Below, piece by piece: positions 56,663 through 64,000 of a DNA stretch of 64,000 bases. The DNA comes from Thermodesulfobacteriota bacterium (GTDB lineage: Bacteria; Desulfobacterota; Binatia; Bin18), in contig OZ219926.1 in the NCBI GenBank assembly GCA_964291405.2, positions 2,816,001 through 2,880,000 of the forward strand, in the 5' to 3' direction. Both the position numbers and the translations under genes were made by a program. Below the pieces are notes generated by a model. That model did no database searches. It saw only the letters and a program-made list of their open reading frames with translations, and had not been told where the DNA came from. The stretch's first letter is position 1, and every line of letters begins with the position of its first letter.

Positions 56663-58354
56663 ATGAAACAGAACGGGGAGCGCGGCAGAAAACGTCCACG
56701 GGGTCTTCGCACTCGGCCGAAAGGGCGCAGTGTTGACCCTCAGGCCCTCCGAGAAGTCCAAACGTTGCTGGCCGATGCCCCACGCCGGCGGGACCTCCTG
56801 ATCGAACATCTGCATCTCATCCAGGATCGCTATGGCCACCTGTCTGCGGCTCACTTGGTTGCCCTCGCCCACGAAATGCAGCTCGCTCCAGTCGAAGTGT
56901 ACGAGGTTGCCAGCTTTTACCATCATTTCGATGTGGTCAAAGAAGGAGAGACCCCGCCACCGGCGCTCACCGTTCGCGTGTGTGACTCGGTCAGTTGTGA
57001 GTTGGCCGGAGCAGAGCAATTGATTCCCGCCCTAGAGCGAGAATTCGGTAAAACGGTGCGGGTCCAGCGCGTTCCCTGCGTAGGTCGGTGTGAAACCGCA
57101 CCGGTCGCGGTGGTCGGCCAGAACCCAATCGGTACGGCCAGCCTGGAGCAGGTGAGACAAGCCATCGAACACAAGGCGACCCAAGCCAGCTTGCCGGCGG
57201 ACACGGTTGACTATCAGGCCTATCAGGCGGCCGGCGGATATCATATCCTGGGTGAGTGTCTCAACGGCAGCCGCGATGTCGATTCAGTTTTGCGCGCTCT
57301 GGAGGATTCCGGCTTACGCGGCCTTGGCGGTGCCGGCTTTCCCGCCGGACGCAAGTGGCGCATCGTCCGTGGTTACGAGGGGCCGCGCCTCTTGGCGGTC
57401 AATATTGACGAGGGCGAGCCAGGCACCTTTAAGGACCGCTATTATCTTGAACGCGACCCGTGTCGTTTTCTGGAAGGGATGTTGATCGCTGCTTGGGCGG
57501 CTGAAATCGATACCATCTATATCTATATCCGGGATGAATACCCGGCCTGTCTTCAGATTCTCAAGAACGCGATTGCCGCCCTGGAGGCCGACCCGCCGAT
57601 GGCGCTCCCCGCTATCCATCTCCGCCGTGGGGCGGGTGCGTATATCTGTGGCGAAGAGTCGGGCATGATCGAGTCCATCGAGGGCAAACGCGGCATGCCG
57701 CGGCTACGGCCACCGTATGTGGCCGAGGTCGGCTTGTTCGGACGCCCGACACTGGAGCATAATTTTGAAACCCTGTATTGGGTGCGCGATATTCTGGAGC
57801 GCGGACCGGAGTGGTTTGCGAGTCAGGGGCGGAGAGGGCGTAAGGGGCTCCGTTCGTTTTCCGTCAGCGGTCGCGTCCAAAAGCCGGGGGTGCACTTGGC
57901 CCCGGCCGGCATCAGTCTGCGTGAGCTGATCGACGAGTATTGCGAGGGTATGCTGCCCGGACACGAGCTGTACGCCTACTTTCCCGGTGGCGCGTCCGGC
58001 GGTATTTTGCCCGCCACGCTGGCCGACCTACCGCTCGACTTCGACACCCTGCAACCCTACGGCTGTTTCATCGGCTCCGCGGCGATTATCGTTTTGTCCG
58101 ATAAAGACAGCGCCAAGACCGCGGCGCTCAATGCCATGCGCTTTTTCTCGCATGAATCCTGCGGGAAATGTACGCCGTGTCGCGTGGGGACACGGAAAGC
58201 AGCCGGGCTAATGGCGCAAGACCGCTGGGATGTGCCCCTGCTTGAGGAGTTGGCTCAAGTCATGGGCGACGCCTCGATCTGTGGCCTAGGCCAGGCCGCG
58301 CCCAACCCGCTACGCAGCATCATCCAACACTTCTCAGAGGAGCTTGCCTCATGA
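56663..58354 (+). CDS. NAD-dependent formate dehydrogenase beta (diaphorase) subunit, NuoE+NuoF fusion
   Basis: 2Fe-2S (VCDSVSC...CVGRC), GLRGLGGAGFP, DEGEPGTFKD, GAGAYICGEE, ESCGKCTPCR, ICGLG. Confidence 0.9.
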   Translation: MKQNGERGRKRPRGLRTRPKGRSVDPQALREVQTLLADAPRRRDLLIEHLHLIQDRYGHLSAAHLVALAHEMQLAPVEVYEVASFYHHFDVVKEGETPPPALTVRVCDSVSCELAGAEQLIPALEREFGKTVRVQRVPCVGRCETAPVAVVGQNPIGTASLEQVRQAIEHKATQASLPADTVDYQAYQAAGGYHILGECLNGSRDVDSVLRALEDSGLRGLGGAGFPAGRKWRIVRGYEGPRLLAVNIDEGEPGTFKDRYYLERDPCRFLEGMLIAAWAAEIDTIYIYIRDEYPACLQILKNAIAALEADPPMALPAIHLRRGAGAYICGEESGMIESIEGKRGMPRLRPPYVAEVGLFGRPTLEHNFETLYWVRDILERGPEWFASQGRRGRKGLRSFSVSGRVQKPGVHLAPAGISLRELIDEYCEGMLPGHELYAYFPGGASGGILPATLADLPLDFDTLQPYGCFIGSAAIIVLSDKDSAKTAALNAMRFFSHESCGKCTPCRVGTRKAAGLMAQDRWDVPLLEELAQVMGDASICGLGQAAPNPLRSIIQHFSEELAS

Positions 58355-61104
58355 CCGCCGTTCCCGAAAGCGCAAAGCCGACCTCCTTTCTCCTGGACGG
58401 GCGGGCGGTCGACGCCCTGCCTGGCGAAACCATTCTCCAGGCCGCCCGTCGTCATGGCGTTGATATTCCTCATCTGTGCTATAAAGACGGGCTCCGACCG
58501 GACGGAAATTGTCGCGCCTGTGTGGTGGAAGTGAAGGGGGAGCGTCCCCTTGCGCCGGCCTGCTGCCGGACACCGCAGGAGGGCATGGAGGTGGCGAGCA
58601 CGAGTGAGCGCGCCCGCCTCTCCCAGAAGATGGTGCTCGAACTGCTGCTCTCGGACGTTGTCGACACCCCCTATACCCGCGACTCCGAACTGGCGACCTG
58701 GGCACGCGTACTGGAAGTCGGCCCACCGCGCTTCGCCCCGCGCCGGCAGCCGCAAGCGGATGGGTCTCACCCGGCCATCGCCGTGAATCTCGACGCCTGT
58801 ATTCAGTGCACCCGTTGTCAGCGTGCCTGTCGTGAGGAGCAGGTGAACGATGTCATTGGCTACGCCCTGCGCGGCAGCCAGGCTAAGATCGTCTTTGATG
58901 TGGACGACCCCATGGGCAGCAGCTCCTGCGTTGGCTGTGGTGAATGTGTCCAGGCCTGTCCCACGGGTGCGCTCATGCCAGCCAAGGAGGTGGGACTGGT
59001 TGAGCCGGACAAAACAGTGGATTCCGTGTGCCCCTATTGCGGAGTGGGCTGTCTGCTCACCTATCACGTCAAAGACAACACAATTCTACAGGTCACCGGG
59101 CGTGACGGCCCGTCCAACCACGGCCGGCTGTGCGTAAAAGGCCGCTACGGCTTTGACTATATCACCCATCCGCACCGGCTCACCCAACCCTTGATACGAA
59201 AACCGGGGGTCCCCAAGTCTACCGAGATCACGATCGACCCGGCTGATCCTTCGGATGTCTTTCGTGTAGCCTCCTGGGAAGAGGCGCTCGACTGTGCTGC
59301 GAGTGGCCTTAAAAAAATCCGTGACGAAAAGGGCGGTCAGGCGCTGGCCGGATTTGGCTCGGCCAAAGGCAGCAATGAAGAAGCCTATCTTTTCCAAAAG
59401 CTGGTGCGGACCGGATTCGGGACGAACAACGTCGATCACTGCACGCGGCTGTGCCACGCCTCGTCGGTCGCCGCTCTGCTGGAAGGCATCGGGTCGGGCG
59501 CGGTTTCCAACCAAGTGGCAGACGTGGCGCAGGCGGAGTGCATTATCGTCATTGGCTCCAACGCCTCGGAGAACCATCCGGTTGCGGCGACCTTTATGAA
59601 GAATGCGGCCAAAGCGGGTAAGACGCTGGTGGTCATGGACCCCCGTCGGACCGAGCTCGCCCGCCACGCGTCATATTATCTCCAGTTCAAACCGGACACT
59701 GATGTGGCCCTGCTCAACGCCATGATGCACACCATCATCGAGGAAGGCTTGGTACACCGGGAATTTATCGAGCAGCGCACTGCCGGGTTTGAGCTCATCA
59801 AGCAAAACGTGGCCGGTTTTAGCCCCGAAGAGATGGAGCCCGTATGCGGGATTGCCGCCGAGACCATTCGAGAAGTTGCTCGTCGCTATGCTACCGCGTC
59901 CGGTTCCATGATTTTCTGGGGGATGGGCGTTTCGCAACATATCCACGGCACGGACAACGCGCGCTGTCTCATCGCGCTCGCGCTGATGACCGGACAGATC
60001 GGTCGTCCTGGGACCGGACTCCATCCGTTACGCGGCCAAAACAATGTCCAGGGGGCGTCTGACGCCGGCCTGATTCCCATGATGTTCCCCGACTACCAGC
60101 GGGTCGATAACGAGGAGATACGTCAGCGCTTCGAGGCCCTGTGGGACGTCTCCCTGGACCCGCAAGCCGGTCTGACCGTGGTCGAGATCATGGACGCCAT
60201 TCTCGACGACCGGCTGCACGGCATGTACATCATGGGCGAAAACCCGGCCATGTCCGACCCCAACCTGCACCACGCGCGGCAAGCGTTGGCCAAGCTCGAC
60301 CATCTGGTCGTGCAGGATTTGTTTCTGACCGAGACCGCGGCGTTTGCCGACGTGGTCCTGCCGGCGTCCGCACTCCCGGAGAAGACCGGCACGTTCACCA
60401 ACACCGACCGGCGCGTCCAGCTCGCCCGTAAAGCGCTTGACCCGCCAGGCCAGGCCCGTCAGGACCTGGACATCATTCAAGACATGGCCCGCCGTCTGGG
60501 ACTGGACTGGCAGTACCGCGACACCGCGGCGGTCTACGAAGAGATGCGTCAGGCTATTTCCGCCCTCGGGGGGATCAGCTGGTCGCGGCTCGAAAGCCAA
60601 GACTCCGTCACCTACCCCTGCTGGACCGAAGACGACCCGGGCCGGCCGGTGGTGTTTCAAAAGAATTTTCCGACCTCGGACGGCATAGGCCGGTTCGTCC
60701 CCGCGCGCCTGATTCACGCCGACGAACTGCCTGATACCGAGTTTCCGTTTGTACTGATTACCGGCCGCCAGCTCGAACACTGGCATACCGGCGCGATGAC
60801 CCGCCGGGCAAGCGTCCTGGACGCCATCGAACCGCAGCCCGTGATCAACGTCCATCCTGAAGACCTGGTCGCGCTGGACGGAGCGGAAGGAGACCTCCTG
60901 ACCATTGCCTCCCGCCGGGGTGAGATTACCGCCTACGCACGAGTGGATGCCGGCCTGCAACGCAACGAGATTTTCATCCCCTTCTGCTATCAGGAAGCCG
61001 CCGCAAACCTGCTGACGAACGAAGCGCTGGACCCCTACGGGAAAATTCCCGAGTTCAAATACTGCGCGGTCCGAGTCAGCGTCAATCGCACCGCGGAAGC
61101 CTGA
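58351..61104 (+). CDS. Formate dehydrogenase alpha subunit (Mo/W-bisPGD, Cys ligand)
   Basis: N-terminal Fe-S clusters, CPYCGVGC, LCVKG, DHCTRLCH, LRGQNNVQG, PEFKYCAV. Confidence 0.93.
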   Translation: MTAVPESAKPTSFLLDGRAVDALPGETILQAARRHGVDIPHLCYKDGLRPDGNCRACVVEVKGERPLAPACCRTPQEGMEVASTSERARLSQKMVLELLLSDVVDTPYTRDSELATWARVLEVGPPRFAPRRQPQADGSHPAIAVNLDACIQCTRCQRACREEQVNDVIGYALRGSQAKIVFDVDDPMGSSSCVGCGECVQACPTGALMPAKEVGLVEPDKTVDSVCPYCGVGCLLTYHVKDNTILQVTGRDGPSNHGRLCVKGRYGFDYITHPHRLTQPLIRKPGVPKSTEITIDPADPSDVFRVASWEEALDCAASGLKKIRDEKGGQALAGFGSAKGSNEEAYLFQKLVRTGFGTNNVDHCTRLCHASSVAALLEGIGSGAVSNQVADVAQAECIIVIGSNASENHPVAATFMKNAAKAGKTLVVMDPRRTELARHASYYLQFKPDTDVALLNAMMHTIIEEGLVHREFIEQRTAGFELIKQNVAGFSPEEMEPVCGIAAETIREVARRYATASGSMIFWGMGVSQHIHGTDNARCLIALALMTGQIGRPGTGLHPLRGQNNVQGASDAGLIPMMFPDYQRVDNEEIRQRFEALWDVSLDPQAGLTVVEIMDAILDDRLHGMYIMGENPAMSDPNLHHARQALAKLDHLVVQDLFLTETAAFADVVLPASALPEKTGTFTNTDRRVQLARKALDPPGQARQDLDIIQDMARRLGLDWQYRDTAAVYEEMRQAISALGGISWSRLESQDSVTYPCWTEDDPGRPVVFQKNFPTSDGIGRFVPARLIHADELPDTEFPFVLITGRQLEHWHTGAMTRRASVLDAIEPQPVINVHPEDLVALDGAEGDLLTIASRRGEITAYARVDAGLQRNEIFIPFCYQEAAANLLTNEALDPYGKIPEFKYCAVRVSVNRTAEA

Positions 61105-61149
61105 CCGGCACTCCTCGTCACGCGCCGTTCAGGCACCGGAAGGGCCTCC

Positions 61150-61521
61150 CTAATGCAGGTCCCGGGCGTATTCTTTCAGCAGCGCCAGGGGAATATGTTC
61201 GAGGGTGGCCTCGTGGGTGGAGGCTAGTATCACGACGGGTGCGGCCCCGGCCTCATAGGCTTCTTTCCAGCGCAGCGCACACAGACACCAGCAGTCTCCG
61301 GGCTGGAGGCCGGCAAAGCCAAGCTCCGGGCGGGGCGTGCTCAGGTCGTTGCCCTTCGCCTTGGAGAAGGCCAGAAATTCTTCGGTAACTTGGGTACACA
61401 CGGTATGCAGGCCGACATCTTCCCTGCCGGTATTGCAGCAGCCGTCTCGATAAAAACCGGTTAACGGCCGCGAACTGCACACTTCAAGTTTTTCGCCTAA
61501 GACATTTTTTGATTCGTACAT
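61150..61521 (-). CDS. DUF2237 family protein
   Basis: NVLG..L..C...P.TGFYRDGCC, H.VC, GNDLSTP, GD.WCLCA.RW. Confidence 0.9.
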   Translation of the reverse strand: MYESKNVLGEKLEVCSSRPLTGFYRDGCCNTGREDVGLHTVCTQVTEEFLAFSKAKGNDLSTPRPELGFAGLQPGDCWCLCALRWKEAYEAGAAPVVILASTHEATLEHIPLALLKEYARDLH

Positions 61522-61575
61522 AATGAAGATATCTCTCCCATGCTCCGTGTATGAACATCTTTCTCAGAGACACAA

Positions 61576-61698
61576 CTATTGCGTTGGTTTCTCAGGTTTC
61601 TGAGGGGATGATTTGCGGGCATGGGAAATCGCCTCGCCGGCCACGATACCGAGACCGGTCAGAAAGACGGCAAAAGCAAAGATGACAAGCCAGTCCAT
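61576..61698 (-). CDS. Putative small membrane protein (40 aa)
   Basis: MDWLVIFAFAVFLTGLGIVAGEAISHARKSSPQKPEKPTQ*; TAATG-coupled to the upstream small ORF. Confidence 0.45.
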   Translation of the reverse strand: MDWLVIFAFAVFLTGLGIVAGEAISHARKSSPQKPEKPTQ

Positions 61699-61925
61699 TA
61701 CAGGTCCTCCAGTTCGTCAATTTTTCGATATGCAATGTGGTTGACTCATACAGTCCCAAGGGTAACGCCGACGACCGCAAGAACACAAGCCAGGACGAGT
61801 GCGGAACTGGCTTGACCCACGTTCTGGACGAGCCATGCGATCATGGAAATGTCGGTAGCCACAAAAATACCAAAAACGACCTTGAGCCAGCCGATTTCTT
61901 CCTTCAGTCTTTCTGCCTTTGACAT
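61698..61925 (-). pseudogene. Small two-TM hypothetical protein with an in-frame TGA at codon 60
   Basis: MSKAERLKEEIGWLKVVFGIFVATDISMIAWLVQN...GTV*VNHIAYRKIDELEDL*; the frame continues to a TAATG junction. Confidence 0.5.
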
Positions 61926-61930
61926 TGACT

Positions 61931-63733
61931 TCAGAGCCCTAATTCCCGTTTTTTCTCTTCCCTGACCAATCCCTCTTCGTTCCAGCCTCGGGCGGCATAA
62001 TAGCTTTGAATCATCAGGCGGAGCTCATCCGGGGTCAGGCTCACTCCCTGAACAACGCCGCTCGACAACGGCTCGGTTAAGAGGCGGGGCGGCAGCCAGT
62101 CGTCCTCGGGCTGCCAGCCCTCGCGCATATTAAACAATTTCTTGATCGTATTGATACGTTCGCCAACCTGTCTGAGGTCTGCGGAAGTATACTTCCAGCC
62201 CGTCACCGCGCTCATAAGCCGGGCTGCTTCGACGTAAAAATCATCGAAACACTTGCGTAAAAACTTACACACAATCAGTGAGTCCAGGACCGCGGAGAAG
62301 TCCTCGGACGCGGCAACCAGCGCTCCGCGACCCGTATCGGCTTGTAGGCGATCAACCTGGCCCGAGAAATCCGCCTCATACGCTCCTGAGCGGTTATGGC
62401 AGGCTCCGCGTGGGCTGACCGCCAAACCGAGCGCCATGGTCTTGAGGCTGCGCGGCTCGTAGCCCGGCAACTCCATACCTTTGACATGCATGGCGAAGCT
62501 CTCGGCTTCTGCCCCGATGTGGGTAGCCGCCCGCCGCGAGCCCTCGGCCAGAACCGCCCCCACTCCTCGTCTGTGGGCAATATCCGCAATCAGACCGAGA
62601 AACGCCTCCGCCTTGCCGAAGGCCAGCCCTGTCGCGCGCAGCTCGGGCCAGAGGTCCTTGTCCGCACATTCCGCCGCCCAGGCGATGGTGCCGCCGGTAC
62701 TAATAGTGTCCAGTCCGTACTGGTCACATAGCCGGGCGGCCCGCAGGACCGCGTCCGGCTCCTCGATGCCGCACAGCGGACCAAGTGCAAAGAGGGTCTC
62801 ATATTCAAGCCGTTGGGCCTCGCCACTCAGGGATCGAAAGAGGCGCTCACAGCGAATCGTGCACGCAGCGCAGCCGTGCGTCTGGCTGAAACTATTGGTG
62901 ATAAAAGATTCTCCGCTGAGCGCTTCCGCCTGGGCGAGTGGGGCATTCTGGAAGTTATAGGTCGGCAGACTCCCCAGCCGATCGAAGACCGCCAGGTTCG
63001 CCACCGTTCCAATTTCGCGGTATTTTGCCGTCTGCGGTCCCACACTCCGCTTGCGTAATGTGGCGGCAATTTTTTCCACCGCCTCCGTATCGGCCACTGC
63101 CACCCGACAATGACCCCGCAGGGCCACGGCCTTGAGTTTCTTGGCGCCAAACACCGCTCCGACGCCACCCCGTCCGGCGTGCCGACCCTCGTTGCTGAGG
63201 GTCGCAAACCGCACGAGATGTTCTCCCGCCCGCCCGATGGCGGCCACCCGGGTCTCCGTCTCTTTTTCCGTGCGTTCTGCGAGTCGAATACGTTCTTCGG
63301 TTTCTTGGGCGCTCAGCCCCGTCAGATGGCTTGCCGTTCGGAACTCGACTCCATCGTCCGTTATCAGGAGATAGGTGGGCCGCTCGGCCGCGCCGGTAAT
63401 CACCAGCGCATCGACCCCGACCCGCTTGAGCTCCAGGGCGAAAAAACTGGAGGAGAGCGAGTCCGCAATAAAACCGGTCAGGGGTGATTTGGTGACAACC
63501 GCATACTTGGCGGTAGTGGTCAGGCCCGTTCCGACCAACGGGGCGCTGGTAAAAATGAGCGGATTGTCGGCCGAGAACGGCTCCACGCCAGGAGGTGCGT
63601 GATCGTACAACAGAGACGCGCCCAGGCCCACACCGCCCAGCACCGCGGTAAGCCTGGACGCTTCGATGTCCTGCCAGGTGTACGACTGCGTGGTGAGGTC
63701 TATACGGAGCAGACGACCGTGGAAACCGTACAT
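61931..63733 (-). CDS. aor: Aldehyde:ferredoxin oxidoreductase (tungstopterin AOR family)
   Basis: LLRIDLT, KSPLTG, AGRGGVGAV.G.K.LKA, C..C...C, EYET, CDQYGLDTIS, VKG.ELP.Y.PR, RGACH, YY..RGW. Confidence 0.93.
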   Translation of the reverse strand: MYGFHGRLLRIDLTTQSYTWQDIEASRLTAVLGGVGLGASLLYDHAPPGVEPFSADNPLIFTSAPLVGTGLTTTAKYAVVTKSPLTGFIADSLSSSFFALELKRVGVDALVITGAAERPTYLLITDDGVEFRTASHLTGLSAQETEERIRLAERTEKETETRVAAIGRAGEHLVRFATLSNEGRHAGRGGVGAVFGAKKLKAVALRGHCRVAVADTEAVEKIAATLRKRSVGPQTAKYREIGTVANLAVFDRLGSLPTYNFQNAPLAQAEALSGESFITNSFSQTHGCAACTIRCERLFRSLSGEAQRLEYETLFALGPLCGIEEPDAVLRAARLCDQYGLDTISTGGTIAWAAECADKDLWPELRATGLAFGKAEAFLGLIADIAHRRGVGAVLAEGSRRAATHIGAEAESFAMHVKGMELPGYEPRSLKTMALGLAVSPRGACHNRSGAYEADFSGQVDRLQADTGRGALVAASEDFSAVLDSLIVCKFLRKCFDDFYVEAARLMSAVTGWKYTSADLRQVGERINTIKKLFNMREGWQPEDDWLPPRLLTEPLSSGVVQGVSLTPDELRLMIQSYYAARGWNEEGLVREEKKRELGL

Positions 63734-63736
63734 GGT

Positions 63737-64000
63737 TTATCCGCCCGCATCGCTCGACAAGATCAACAGGCTGTCACCCGCCCGGAGACGGGTGTGCGCG
63801 TCCCGAACAAAATCTTTCCCATTGATGTTGCAGGTATATCCGCTCCGTAAGCTGGTATGTCCCGTATCATCCGCGGACAGCACCGTGCCCAGGAGGGCGG
63901 GACATTCCGCCCCTAAGACAGCCAGTGCGTCACCCAGGGTTGCCTCGGCCGAAAGGGTCAACGGGACGCGTGGGGTGCGGGCGGTCAGGCGCGCAACGCC
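63737..64000 (-). CDS. MoaD/ThiS-family sulfur carrier (5' end outside the window)
   Basis: Ubiquitin-like, ING, L..GD.L.I, C-terminal AGG; immediately upstream of aor. Confidence 0.8.
   Translation of the reverse strand, partial: GVARLTARTPRVPLTLSAEATLGDALAVLGAECPALLGTVLSADDTGHTSLRSGYTCNINGKDFVRDAHTRLRAGDSLLILSSDAGG

Noticed and set aside
59430-59465. Selenocysteine in formate dehydrogenase
   Set aside because: The active-site segment reads DHCTRLCH with Cys codons and there is no in-frame TGA
61746-61748. TGA as selenocysteine or an alternative genetic code
   Set aside because: The context is a TM segment with no redox motif, and TGA serves as a normal stop for many genes in the window

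Overview
GC-rich bacterial chromosomal window with about 50 protein-coding genes and no rRNA, tRNA, CRISPR array or transposase that I could recognise. The centrepiece is an approximately 23 kb sterol biosynthesis, modification and export cluster (about 20.5-43.7 kb). It contains a tripartite RND efflux system, two tandem GPP34(GOLPH3/Vps74)-like-domain/cytochrome P450 fusions with atypical I-helices, an ERG24/ERG4-family sterol reductase, CYP51, an apparent squalene epoxidase-oxidosqualene cyclase fusion, an EBP/EXPERA-like membrane protein, a sterol C-24 methyltransferase, an SdmA/SdmB-like Rieske plus reductase pair, a COG2907-like flavoprotein and a Neverland/KshA-like Rieske oxygenase. 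Other modules are an aniline-dioxygenase-like (tdnQ/A1/A2/T) operon with an SBP, an LLM monooxygenase and a divergent intradiol dioxygenase; amgK-murU; a type III glutamine synthetase that shares its RBS and N-terminus with the downstream SDR; tandem signal-peptide-bearing SlyD-like PPIases; a second P450 followed by a thiolase/DUF35 pair; a moxR-DUF58-batABCDE operon; a two-subunit NAD-dependent formate dehydrogenase; and aor-moaD. Two families of short palindromic repeats fall inside or next to coding sequences. Four genes carry small indels that are probably assembly errors. All functional calls come from visual motif recognition, not database searches.
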